From Anaerolineae bacterium (GTDB lineage: Bacteria; Chloroflexota; Anaerolineae; Promineifilales; Promineifilaceae), in the NCBI GenBank assembly GCA_007123775.1, contig SLGK01000001.1, positions 2,120 through 66,119 of the forward strand: DNA of 64,000 nt, in the 5' to 3' direction. Shown here piece after piece: positions 18,564-27,870 of this stretch (its first letter is position 1; the number at the start of each line of letters is the position of its first letter). The notes beneath the pieces are model-generated. The model worked only from the letters and a program-made list of their open reading frames with translations, was not told the DNA's origin and searched no databases. Made by a program: the position numbers and the translations under genes.

Positions 18564-20366
18564 ATGAAAACCCGTTTGTACCTACTGATTACACTATTAT
18601 TGAGCCTTAGCCTGCTCCTGATGGCTTGTAACGGTGCGGCCGATCCCGTCGTGGAAGAGCCGCCGGCCGTTGAAGTCGAAGAACCGGCCGTGCCGGAACC
18701 AGAAGTTGAAGAGCCGGTTGAGGAAGTGGTAGAACCAGAACCGGAACCAGAACCGGCCTTTACTGAAGAGGATTTGGATGCGGCCGTTAACGCCATGCTA
18801 GGCCGGATGACCGCCTACAACACCATTCGCCCCGACGCCCTCAATGAAGCCCTGGCCGAAGACCCGCCCTTCATTCTGGACGTGCGTCGGCCGGCCGAAC
18901 TGGAAGAGCTAGGCCACATCCCCGGTGCGGTTCACGTACCCCTGAACGATCTGCACGAAAATCTGGATAAACTACCCAGCTTTGATACCCCCATCGTCAC
19001 CTACTGTGCCGTAGGCTGGCGCTGCACCATTGCCATGACCGCCATGGAAACCTTGGGCTGGCAAAATGTGCGTGCGCTGGTTGGCGGCAGCTTTGGCGGC
19101 TGGGCCAATGCCGGATATGAAATCGTAGACGGCTTCCCGCCTGAAGCCGAAGTCCTCAATGCGGCCAGCCCTGACCCAGAACTGCTGGCTGAAGTACAAC
19201 AAATGATGGCCAATATCCCGCAAGGCTTTGGCGTTATCACCACCGACGACCTGTTTGCCAAACTGGTTGATACCCCGGACGTGCTGTTGATTGACGTGCG
19301 CCGCGCCGAAGAATTGGAAGATAACGGCATCATTGAATCGGACAACCAGATGCAAATTGCCATTGAAGATTTTGTTGCCATGCGGGACATGTGGCCGCAA
19401 GATAAGGATGCGGAGATCATCATCTACTGTGGCACCGGCCACCGTTCCACCATTGCCATGACCATCATGTGGATGTATGGCTATACCGACGTCCGCAGCA
19501 TGAAGGGTGGTATTGCCGAATGGCGTGCCGATGGCTACCCCGTTCTGGGTGGCGCCGAGCCGGAAGAGGCTGACCTGGATGCCGCTTTTGCCAATTTCAT
19601 CGACAATATGGTGGCTTATAACACCATCCGGCCGGCCGCTTTGAATGAGCTGCTGATCGAAGACCCGCCTCCCTTCATCCTCGACGTGCGCCGTCCGGCC
19701 GAATTGGAAGAACTGGGCCACATTGAAGGTGCCGTTCACATCCCCCTGCCCGAAATTGGGGATAACCTCGACCTGCTGCCCAGCTTTGACACGCCGATTG
19801 TGACCTACTGTGCCGTAGGCTGGCGCTGCACCATTGCCATGACCGCTCTAAGCGCCATGGGCTGGACTGACGTCAAGGCGTTGGTCGGTGGCAGCTTTGG
19901 TGGTTGGGTCAATGAAGGCTACCCGGTCGTTGACGGCCCGGCGGCTGAGGCGATGGTTCTTAACGCAGCCAGCCCCGACCCGGCTCTGGCCGAAGCATTG
20001 GGCGATATGCTGCGGAATGTGCCGCAGGGCTTTGGCGTCATCACCACCGATGACCTGGCCCTGGAGTTGATTGACAAGCCAGAGATGCAGTTGATCGACG
20101 TGCGGACAGTAGGTGAGGTTGAGGAAAACGGCCGTATCGAATCTGACGGCCAACTGCTCATCCCCATCGAAGCATTCATTGAGCGCATGGATGAATGGCC
20201 GGCCGACAAAGATATGGAAATTGTTATCTACTGTGGCACCGGCCACCGCTCGACCATTGCCATGACCATCATGTGGAGCTATGGCTATACCAACGTCCGC
20301 AGCATGAAGGGTGGCCTGGCGGAATGGAGTGCTGATGGCTATCCGGTGGTGGAGTTTGCTCAATAG
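18564..20366 (+). CDS. Lipoprotein with four rhodanese (sulfurtransferase) domains
   Basis: Signal plus lipobox LLLMACNG preceded by GGAGGA. Acidic PE-rich linker. Two CAVGWRC and two CGTGHRS active-site loops. It is built as a tandem duplication of a two-domain unit. Confidence 0.88.
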   Translation: MKTRLYLLITLLLSLSLLLMACNGAADPVVEEPPAVEVEEPAVPEPEVEEPVEEVVEPEPEPEPAFTEEDLDAAVNAMLGRMTAYNTIRPDALNEALAEDPPFILDVRRPAELEELGHIPGAVHVPLNDLHENLDKLPSFDTPIVTYCAVGWRCTIAMTAMETLGWQNVRALVGGSFGGWANAGYEIVDGFPPEAEVLNAASPDPELLAEVQQMMANIPQGFGVITTDDLFAKLVDTPDVLLIDVRRAEELEDNGIIESDNQMQIAIEDFVAMRDMWPQDKDAEIIIYCGTGHRSTIAMTIMWMYGYTDVRSMKGGIAEWRADGYPVLGGAEPEEADLDAAFANFIDNMVAYNTIRPAALNELLIEDPPPFILDVRRPAELEELGHIEGAVHIPLPEIGDNLDLLPSFDTPIVTYCAVGWRCTIAMTALSAMGWTDVKALVGGSFGGWVNEGYPVVDGPAAEAMVLNAASPDPALAEALGDMLRNVPQGFGVITTDDLALELIDKPEMQLIDVRTVGEVEENGRIESDGQLLIPIEAFIERMDEWPADKDMEIVIYCGTGHRSTIAMTIMWSYGYTNVRSMKGGLAEWSADGYPVVEFAQ

Positions 20367-20443
20367 AGTGTAGAGTGTAGAGTGTAGAGTGTAGAGTGTA
20401 GAGTGTAGAGGGCATTCCTCTATCTCTACACTCTACACTCTAG
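20364..20443. repeat. Inverted pair: (AGAGTGT)x6 versus CTCTATCTCTACACTCTACACTCTA
   Basis: Six perfect heptamers from 20364, loop gcatt, complementary arm 20417-20442, between convergent genes. Both stop codons lie in the arms. Confidence 0.9.
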
Positions 20444-21582
20444 CTGTCTGGTTTTTCCCCGTAGTATTGGTAGTAGTTAACCTCGATACGGCCGTTATAC
20501 ATTTTGCGCGTGCGGTTTGGCCTAGACCGTTTGAAGTAGTGGGGGAACTTCTTATCGGCCGTCAGGATATAGATAGACCAGCCCATCTTCTTGCGAAACA
20601 TCTTGTTGAGGGTGATATATACCTGGTTTAGCTCGCGGAAATCCCCCACGCGCTGGCCGTAGGGGGGATTGCCGATCAGAATGCCATATTGCTGGTCGAT
20701 CCACAGGTCGTGGACATCTTTTTGCTCAAAAACAATGTCGTCGGCCACGCCCGCTCGCGTGGCGTTGCGCCGGGCTATGTCGATGCTGGCCTGGTCAATA
20801 TCAGTGCCCAACAGTTGCAGCTCGCCCGGCGGGTATTGGGCTTCCTGGGCAGCGCGACGGGCCAAATACCAGGCATTGGCCGGGACCAGGGGCCATTCTT
20901 CGGCGGCAAAGCTGCGCTGCAGGCCGGGGGCGATGTTGCGCCCCATCAGAGCCGCCTCGATCAAAATCGTACCTGCGCCGCAAAAGGGGTCAAGCAGCAG
21001 CCGCTCTCTGTTCCAAAAGCTGAGGGCTACCAGCCCGGCGGCCATCGTCTCTTTGAGCGGGGCCTCGCCCGCTTCTTGCCGGTAGCCCCGTTTGTGCAGG
21101 CCGTCGCCAGAAGTGTCTACCGCCAGCAAAACCACATCCTGAAAAATGGTGACGTCGATGGTAAAAGCGGCCCCGGTTTCGGGCAGCCAATCCAGCTCAT
21201 AGGCCGTTTGCAGCCGGTCGGCGACCGCTTTTTTTACAATGGATTGGACGCTGCGGTCGCTCAACAGGGTCGATTTGGCGGCGCGGGCGTTGACGGTGAA
21301 CTGGCCCTCGGCCGTTATCAGCGTTTCCCAGGGGATGGCTTTGGTTTGCTCAAACAGCTCGTCGAAGGTAACGGCCGTAAACTCCCCCATCTTCAGCATT
21401 ACCCGGTCGGCACAGCGCAGCCACAAATTGGTGTGGGGGATGTCGGCCGGGGTGGCGCTGAATTCGATACGGCCGTTGCTGACGTGGGTGATGTCGTAGC
21501 CTAACTGAGTGAGTTCGTTTTTAACGGCCGTTTCCAGACCAAAGGTGGCGGTCGCTATCAAAGTAATTTGCTCCATACCCAC
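20440..21582 (-). CDS. THUMP-domain class I SAM-dependent RNA methyltransferase (RlmK/L-like, UPF0020)
   Basis: N-terminal THUMP-like region, then DPFCGAGTILIEA (motif I) and LIGNPPYG (motif IV). 380 aa. Confidence 0.85.
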   Translation of the reverse strand: MGMEQITLIATATFGLETAVKNELTQLGYDITHVSNGRIEFSATPADIPHTNLWLRCADRVMLKMGEFTAVTFDELFEQTKAIPWETLITAEGQFTVNARAAKSTLLSDRSVQSIVKKAVADRLQTAYELDWLPETGAAFTIDVTIFQDVVLLAVDTSGDGLHKRGYRQEAGEAPLKETMAAGLVALSFWNRERLLLDPFCGAGTILIEAALMGRNIAPGLQRSFAAEEWPLVPANAWYLARRAAQEAQYPPGELQLLGTDIDQASIDIARRNATRAGVADDIVFEQKDVHDLWIDQQYGILIGNPPYGQRVGDFRELNQVYITLNKMFRKKMGWSIYILTADKKFPHYFKRSRPNRTRKMYNGRIEVNYYQYYGEKPDS

Positions 21583-21769
21583 AAGTGTAACAGATAACGG
21601 TATTTAGCCACTAGTAGAGAATAAGCCCATTCTTACGCAAATCTGATAATCTCCTGCTAGAATACAACTATATACAACCTGCTAGATACGTGAGGATCTA
21701 ATGCAGGCTGGCTACTACACCCACTTTCCAGGCTGCCAACCTGGCGTTAATCCTCAGGGGAGTACCACC

Positions 21770-22729
21770 ATGAAAAGCAAATACAAGTTCCTCTTGCTGG
21801 CGATCATGGCGCTGGGCCTGTTGCTCGGTCTGGGACGACCAGCATCCCAACATGTGGTCGCCCAAGATGATGCGACACTGACTGGGACAAACACGGCCGT
21901 TAACGCCGCCATCGAAGCCGTCAACCGCTCTTTCCCCAACATCGGCCCACCTCACCTGTTTACCTACACCTACACTGAAGCCACCAGAGATAGTTCGCTG
22001 GGCTGCCCTCTGATTGAAGGCTTTACGCTGGATCGACCAGTCGTACCATACCGCATCACCCTTACCTACGGCGATAGATCGTATACCTACCACGCCTCGG
22101 CCGACGGCACCATTGTTTTCCCCTGTGATGAAGCGCTGCCCATTGGCGGCCCCCTGCCACCAGACAGCACCCCCTTCACCGCCGACGCCGCTACCCCGGC
22201 CGAAGCAGCCATCGCCGCCTTCCTGCGTACTAATCCGGCCCGCGGTTTTCCCCCCAGCTACACCTACACCTTTGCAACTGCCACCAGCGATAGCTCGCTC
22301 GGCTGTCCTCTGATTGAAGGCTTTATGCTAGAGCAACCGGTCGTACCTTATCGCGTTGTGCTGTCTTACCCGGATGGTGACTTTGTCTATCACGTGGCCG
22401 GCGACCTGTCCATTTTGCTGCCCTGTGACGAAAAACTGCCGATTGGCGGCCCGATTGACCCCAATGCTCAGCCCTTTGCCCCCACATCGCCTACCGAAGC
22501 CGCCATTAACGCCTTTATGCAGGCATTTCCCGACCGAGTCTTCCCTGACCGGTATGAATATGTTCTGCTCGACCCGGCTATCGACGGACCTCTGGCCTAC
22601 TGTCCGGCAACAGATGAGGCTGTTGACATAGCCGCCACGCCCTATCGGGTCACTCTTTACAGCGGGGACGTGAGCTACGTCTACTACGTCTCGGCAGATG
22701 GTACGGTGGTTATTGCCTGTGATGTATAA
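21770..22729 (+). CDS. Secreted protein with three tandem ~95-aa Cys-pair repeats (hypothetical)
   Basis: Signal peptide MKSKYKFLLLAIMALGLLLG. Three copies of ...SSLGCPLIEGF.L..PVVPYR..L.Y.D..Y.YH...DG.I..PCDE.LPIGGP. Confidence 0.7.
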   Translation: MKSKYKFLLLAIMALGLLLGLGRPASQHVVAQDDATLTGTNTAVNAAIEAVNRSFPNIGPPHLFTYTYTEATRDSSLGCPLIEGFTLDRPVVPYRITLTYGDRSYTYHASADGTIVFPCDEALPIGGPLPPDSTPFTADAATPAEAAIAAFLRTNPARGFPPSYTYTFATATSDSSLGCPLIEGFMLEQPVVPYRVVLSYPDGDFVYHVAGDLSILLPCDEKLPIGGPIDPNAQPFAPTSPTEAAINAFMQAFPDRVFPDRYEYVLLDPAIDGPLAYCPATDEAVDIAATPYRVTLYSGDVSYVYYVSADGTVVIACDV

Positions 22730-22798
22730 CAATACCGCAGACTACAAAAGTCTCAGAAACTTTTGTAGTCTGCCCGCCATTGCTGCTACAATAGCCTC

Positions 22799-24193
22799 AT
22801 GTCGATCAGCAGTACCACCACCAGCCAATTCCGCCAACGAGCCACCATTGCCCTGAACGATGTGGGGCTACAAGGGGCACTCGACGGGGCCACGGCCAAA
22901 TTTGCCACCGCCCGCGAACGCGCCCTGGCCGAACTACCTGCCGCCGACGCCCTGCGCGACCATTTCAAGCAAATCCGGCAGGCCACGTTAGCTCGTCTGG
23001 CCGACCATCTGACGCTGTTTGAGCAGCAGGCGCAGGCCAACGGCACCTACGTCCATTGGGCCGCCGATGGTGCAGAAGCATGCCAGATTGTGACCCAAAT
23101 CGCCCAATCCCATAAGGTAACGCTGGCTACCAAGAGCAAATCTATGGCCACTGAGGAGATCGGGCTGAATCAGGCATTATTGGCTAACGGCATCGAGCCG
23201 GTGGAAACCGACCTGGGGGAATGGATTATCCAACTGGCCCAGGAACCCCCTTCCCACATCATCGCCCCGGCCATTCACAAAACGCGGCAGCAGGTGGCCG
23301 AATTGTTCAGCCGCACCGTCGGCCACGCGCTGGACGCCGATGATATTCCCAGCTTAACGGCCGTAGCCCGTCAGTGGCTACGCGAGAAATTTCTGGCGGC
23401 GGGGATGGGCATTAGCGGCGGCAATATCCTGGTAGCGGAAACGGGCAGCGTGGTCTTGGTGACCAATGAGGGCAACGGCCGTTTAACCACCAGCGCACCA
23501 CCCGTCCATGTAGCCGTCGTGGGCCTTGAGAAAATCGCGCCGACCTGGGCAGAAACGGCCGTTTGGCTCTCTCTCCTAGCCCGCAGCGCGACCGGCCAGC
23601 CGATGTCGATCTACACCAGCGTGATCAGCGGCCCGCGCCGTGCCGACGACGAAGACGGTCCGGGCGAGGTTCATGTGGTGCTGCTGGATAACGGCCGTAG
23701 TGACCTGATCGGCACCAAGTACGAAGAAATTCTGCAATGTATTCGCTGCGGGGCCTGCGTCAACGCCTGCCCCGTTTACCGCGAGGCGGGCGGTCACGCC
23801 TACGGCAGCCCCTACAGCGGCCCGATTGGGGCGGTCATTTCCCCTCTGCTCTTTGGCCGCCAGCAGTTTGGCGGGCTGCCCCACGCCAGCTCCCTCTGTG
23901 GGGCCTGCCGCGATGTCTGCCCGGCGCGGATCGACCTGCCGCGCATGTTGGTCGAACTTCGCGCCGATCAGGTGACGTCAGGCCAGACCCCCTGGCTGGA
24001 GGGCTGGGCCGAGCGCACCGCCGCCCGCGTCATGGCCGACCCGCAAAAGATGGGGTTGGTGACAAAAGTGGGACGGCTGGGGCAACGGCCGTTTACCGAC
24101 AGCAACCATATCCGTTTACCCCTGAGCCAGCGCCACTGGCCCGCCCTGGCCCCGCGCTCGTTCCGCGAGCTTTGGGCGGAGGGAGCAGAGTAG
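22799..24193 (+). CDS. lutB: Lactate utilisation protein B-like iron-sulfur protein (LUD domain plus 2x[4Fe-4S])
   Basis: CIRCGACVNACPVY and CGACRDVCPARI ferredoxin motifs after a LUD-type domain. 464 aa, followed by a LutC-like gene. Confidence 0.8.
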   Translation: MSISSTTTSQFRQRATIALNDVGLQGALDGATAKFATARERALAELPAADALRDHFKQIRQATLARLADHLTLFEQQAQANGTYVHWAADGAEACQIVTQIAQSHKVTLATKSKSMATEEIGLNQALLANGIEPVETDLGEWIIQLAQEPPSHIIAPAIHKTRQQVAELFSRTVGHALDADDIPSLTAVARQWLREKFLAAGMGISGGNILVAETGSVVLVTNEGNGRLTTSAPPVHVAVVGLEKIAPTWAETAVWLSLLARSATGQPMSIYTSVISGPRRADDEDGPGEVHVVLLDNGRSDLIGTKYEEILQCIRCGACVNACPVYREAGGHAYGSPYSGPIGAVISPLLFGRQQFGGLPHASSLCGACRDVCPARIDLPRMLVELRADQVTSGQTPWLEGWAERTAARVMADPQKMGLVTKVGRLGQRPFTDSNHIRLPLSQRHWPALAPRSFRELWAEGAE

Positions 24194-24286
24194 CGAAGTG
24201 GCGAAGTGGCGGAGTGGCGAAGTGGCGAGGTGGCGAAGTGGCGAAGTGGCGGAGTGGCGGAGTGACCGCGCCACCTCGCCACGCCG
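24191..24286. repeat. Octamer tandem array (GTGGCGAA/GTGGCGGA) about 9 units, plus a short inverted segment
   Basis: gcgaagtg/gcggagtg repeated with period 8 from 24193 to about 24263, then cgcgccacctcgccacgcc. Sits between lutB and lutC. Confidence 0.9.
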
Positions 24287-24299
24287 CAACCATGCAACC

Positions 24300-24938
24300 A
24301 TGACAAATCGAGACCAAATTCTCACCAAACTACGCGCTAAGGTGCGGCCGGCCGAACTGCCCCCCGCCTGGCAAAGCCAGCGCAATTTCACCGACCTGGC
24401 CCAACGCTTTAGCGAAGCCCTGACCGCCGCCAAAGGGGAAGTAATACGCGCCGCCAGCCTGCCGGCTGCGCTGGATTTATTGGCTGAGTTATTGGTTCAG
24501 TTGGATGTAAAAACGGGTGTGGTGAATGGGAGCGACTTCACAAACCTGACAGGATTTGGAATCCTGTCAGGTTTAAGCGACGTAGACTGGTTCATCATCG
24601 GGCAAAGCACAGGCGATGCCCGCGCCGCCTGCGCCCAGGCCGATGTGGGCCTCAGCAGCGCAGAGGCAGCCCTGGCCGAAACAGGCACGCTCATTCTCAG
24701 CAGCGGCCCCGGCCACAGCCGGTTGGCAACCCTGCTGCCGCCCGTCCACATCGCCCTGCTGCCGACCGACCGCCTGACGGCCGATCTGTTCACCTGGCAG
24801 CAGCAAAAGCCAGACAGCTTCCCGGCCAATCTGAACTTTATCAGCGGTCCCAGTAAAACGGCCGATATTGAACAAACAATGGCCGTTGGTGTCCACGGCC
24901 CGAAACGGCTAATTGTGCTAATTTTTGATGTGTACTAG
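24300..24938 (+). CDS. lutC: LutC-like LUD-domain protein
   Basis: MTNRDQILTKLRA... plus a LUD-like pattern (AETGTLIL, LPPVHIAL, GPSKTADIE). The ORF-track N-terminus (24198-24299) is translation of the repeat array. Confidence 0.75.
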   Translation: MTNRDQILTKLRAKVRPAELPPAWQSQRNFTDLAQRFSEALTAAKGEVIRAASLPAALDLLAELLVQLDVKTGVVNGSDFTNLTGFGILSGLSDVDWFIIGQSTGDARAACAQADVGLSSAEAALAETGTLILSSGPGHSRLATLLPPVHIALLPTDRLTADLFTWQQQKPDSFPANLNFISGPSKTADIEQTMAVGVHGPKRLIVLIFDVY

Positions 24939-24962
24939 ATTTGGCTCCGGATCACCAACTCA

Positions 24963-25541
24963 TTAGTAAAACTGGCCCGAAAGAATGAAATTAGCCAGAG
25001 TAAGCTTCTTATCCTCCTCACTGGTGGCTTCATCTCGCAATAGCTCATTGAGCCATTCCTTATCAACCCGCTTTTGTAAATCACTCCTTGTCGCATCCAG
25101 TGTAATATTCAGCAGCGCCTCGGTACCCAGATCAGCAAGACTCAACTTAATCTTCTCTTCAATTTCCGCTTTACGCGCTTCCCTGACAATGCGGTTGATC
25201 CGTTTATAGACGAAGCCCCTGGCCGCTTCATAAATTGCTTCTAGCCCAAATGGCACATCCCTACCCTGAACTTCCAGGGTAGCAAATTTGCTACGGAAAA
25301 GCGCCAACCAACTGGCACCAATTAGCACAGCCCGCAGCGCAGGAGGCCATTGAGCCAGTACGTCCACATCCTTGAAGACGTTATAAACACCGGCTGCTAA
25401 CAATGCGTTAAAGATTATGAAGACGAACTGCCAGGTATAGAGGAGAAGCTTGCGTTCTGTATTCTCCGGCACGTAGAAAGTACGATCAAGATCAAAAAGC
25501 GTCAACAGGCCAGCCGTCAACCCGGCAATGAATTCTGCCAC
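24963..25541 (-). CDS. Hypothetical membrane protein (AT-rich islet)
   Basis: 192-aa ORF with three N-terminal hydrophobic helices and a charged helical C-terminus. Visibly lower GC than the flanks. Confidence 0.5.
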   Translation of the reverse strand: MAEFIAGLTAGLLTLFDLDRTFYVPENTERKLLLYTWQFVFIIFNALLAAGVYNVFKDVDVLAQWPPALRAVLIGASWLALFRSKFATLEVQGRDVPFGLEAIYEAARGFVYKRINRIVREARKAEIEEKIKLSLADLGTEALLNITLDATRSDLQKRVDKEWLNELLRDEATSEEDKKLTLANFILSGQFY

Positions 25542-25583
25542 AAACCCCTCCTTAACAACCTAATTTTGTCTGGCTTATCCTGC

Positions 25584-25979
25584 CTAGCCCCGCAGCTTCT
25601 GTATGGTTTCTTCAAGCGCAGCATCCAGGTCTTCCAACTCACCATTCTCCTGGCTGCTTTCGCTATTGGCTATGTCTGGTACAATCCATACCTCAGAAAA
25701 AGGCGTCCATTGTTGCTTATTCATTGTTTGTCGCGGTCTTTCAAGCAGGCGAAATAGATGCCAACCTTCATCGGTCAAATTTGCCAATCTATGGTCATTG
25801 GTCGTCACTTTAACAAGACCCCGTTCTTCCAGGCGTGACAGACTAGTCTCAACCTCTGGCCACATAGACCGGGTTACAGCAACAAGTTGGTGGGGCGTTG
25901 CGCCCGCTTCACCTTCACGACCTATCACACGAATGGCTGCGGCTTCTTTGTCGGTCAATCTGTACTTAGGTATACGCAT
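25584..25979 (-). CDS. Hypothetical small protein with winged-helix-like segment
   Basis: The ATG at 25979 (MRIPKYRL) is preceded by AGAGGAAAGAG. LSRLEERGLVKV resembles a wHTH recognition/wing region. No other motif seen. Confidence 0.45.
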   Translation of the reverse strand: MRIPKYRLTDKEAAAIRVIGREGEAGATPHQLVAVTRSMWPEVETSLSRLEERGLVKVTTNDHRLANLTDEGWHLFRLLERPRQTMNKQQWTPFSEVWIVPDIANSESSQENGELEDLDAALEETIQKLRG

Positions 25980-26171
25980 TTCTCTTTCCTCTTTGGACAG
26001 AAGGCAACAGCATTTCCTATACTTAATTGCATTATATAGGATAGAATTGGGCAACGCAATCATCAACCAGCGGGGTTACGGATCATTGTCGCTATGAAAT
26101 TGACGATCAACGCCAATTTGCCTGACATCCATAACCCAACCGGCAACAGCCCGATGGTACAATACACCGTG

Positions 26172-26201
26172 TTCGTAATTCGTAGTTCATAGTTCATACT
26201 T
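26172..26201. repeat. Heptamer array TTCGTAA/TTCGTAG/TTCATAG/TTCATAC
   Basis: Four phased heptamers immediately upstream of the RBS of the 26217 gene. Confidence 0.8.
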
Positions 26202-26216
26202 CAAAAGGAGTTTCCC

Positions 26217-27554
26217 ATGACCCAATCCCCTGACAAACGTCAACGCATTATCATCGCCGGTGCGGCCGGCCGTGACTTCCACGACTTCAACACTTACTTC
26301 CGCAACAACGAAGCCTATGAAGTCGTTGCCTTTACCGCCACCCAAATCCCCAACATTGAAGGCCGCCGCTACCCGGCCGCCCTCTCCGGTTCGCTCTATC
26401 CCGAAGGTATCCCTATCTACCACGAAGACGACCTGGCCGACCTGATCGCCAAAGAAGCCATCGACGACGTCGTCTTCTCCTATTCCGACATCAGTCATAG
26501 CTACGTAATGCACCTGGCCTCGCGGGTACTGGCCGCCGGTGCCGGCTTCCGCCTGCTCAACCCCCGCCAGACGCGAATCAAATCTACCAAGCCGCTCGTC
26601 TCCATCTGTGCCGTGCGGACCGGCTGCGGCAAAAGCCAGACCTCTCGTCGTGTTCTATCCATTTTGCAGAATGAGTTAGGCTATGAGCGGGTTGTGGCCG
26701 TGCGCCACCCCATGCCTTACGGTGATCTGGCGGCCCAGGCGGTGCAGCGTTTTGCCGACTACGCCGACCTGGACAAGCATCAATGCACCATCGAGGAGCG
26801 TGAGGAGTACGAGCCGTACATCGAGCGGGGCGCGGTCATCTATGCCGGTGTCGATTACGAAGCCATCTTACGCCAGGCCGAAGCAGAGGCGGACATCATC
26901 ATCTGGGACGGCGGCAACAACGACCTGCCTTTCTACCAGTCGGACTGCCACATTGTGCTGGTAGACCCCCACCGACCGGGGCATGAACTAGCCTACCATC
27001 CGGGCGAGGCCAATCTGCGTCTGGCCGACGTGGTGCTGATCAACAAAATTGATACGGCCGATTACGACAACATCCTCACCGTGCAAAACAACATCCAGCA
27101 GGTCAACCCCCAGGCCATCGTAGTGCAGGGCGCATCCCCCCTGACCGTTGCCGACCCCGCCGCCATTCAGGGCAAGCGCGTTTTGGTCGTGGAAGATGGC
27201 CCCACCCTGACCCACGGCGAAATGGCCTACGGTGCTGGCTACGTGGCCGCCCGTGCTCACGGCGCGGCCGAGATCATCGACCCCCGCCCCTATGCGGTAG
27301 GCAGTCTGGTTGATACCTACGCCAAATACCCCACCACCGGCCCCGTACTGCCCGCCATGGGCTACGGCGCGGCCCAAATCGCCGACCTGGAAGCCAGCAT
27401 CAATCAGGCCCCGGTGGACCTGGTGCTGATTGGGACGCCGATTGACCTGGGCAAGCTGATCAACATCAAGCACCCCCACCAGCGCATCCGCTACGAACTG
27501 CAAGAGATCGGCCGGCCGACCTTGGTTGACGTGCTGCGTGGCGCGTTTGGCTAA
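26217..27554 (+). CDS. COG2403-type predicted GTPase / cyclic 2,3-diphosphoglycerate synthetase-like protein
   Basis: 445 aa. The N-terminus RIIIAGAAGRDFHDFN and the P-loop-like ICAVRTGCGKSQTSR match my recollection of this family. Assignment is by recall only. Confidence 0.6.
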   Translation: MTQSPDKRQRIIIAGAAGRDFHDFNTYFRNNEAYEVVAFTATQIPNIEGRRYPAALSGSLYPEGIPIYHEDDLADLIAKEAIDDVVFSYSDISHSYVMHLASRVLAAGAGFRLLNPRQTRIKSTKPLVSICAVRTGCGKSQTSRRVLSILQNELGYERVVAVRHPMPYGDLAAQAVQRFADYADLDKHQCTIEEREEYEPYIERGAVIYAGVDYEAILRQAEAEADIIIWDGGNNDLPFYQSDCHIVLVDPHRPGHELAYHPGEANLRLADVVLINKIDTADYDNILTVQNNIQQVNPQAIVVQGASPLTVADPAAIQGKRVLVVEDGPTLTHGEMAYGAGYVAARAHGAAEIIDPRPYAVGSLVDTYAKYPTTGPVLPAMGYGAAQIADLEASINQAPVDLVLIGTPIDLGKLINIKHPHQRIRYELQEIGRPTLVDVLRGAFG

Positions 27555-27580
27555 AAACAATCCCGATCTTAATACCCCTC

Positions 27581-27735
27581 GGTAGGGGCGGGACGGCGCG
27601 GAAACCATCCTCGCCACAACCAACCCATCTCCACCCGCGCCGTCTCGCCCTTGTTGTCAGCATTTTGGGCGAGACAGGCGGGGCGGACCTCATGTGTAAC
27701 AGCGAGGATTATGGCCCGCCTGTCCCGCCCCTACC
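27581..27735. repeat. GTAGGGGC-family element: two tandem long-loop palindromic units
   Basis: GGTAGGGGCGGGACGGCGCGG (27581-27601) pairs with CCACCCGCGCCGTCTCGCCC (27631-27650). GGGCGAGACAGGCGGGGCGG (27667-27686) pairs with CCGCCTGTCCCGCCCCTACC (27716-27735). Confidence 0.8.
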
Positions 27736-27870
27736 ATTGTTGGAATTACAAAGCGAATATGTAGCAATTGCCTTAAACACGAAACTATTCCATAATCAGT
27801 TGGAGAAATCAAGAGACTACAGAAGTCGGCTAGACTTTTGTAGTCTCTGTTACTGAAAAAGGAAAATCCT

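Noticed and set aside
24198-24299. ORF-track N-terminal extensions (24198-24299, 18513-18563, 52231-52284, 4138-4251, 54607-54744)
   Set aside because: These segments, or large parts of them, translate heptamer or octamer arrays or spacer DNA (for example AKWRSGEVARWRSGEVAEWRS). Internal ATGs with an SD-like sequence and/or a family-typical N-terminus follow, so shorter gene models were used.
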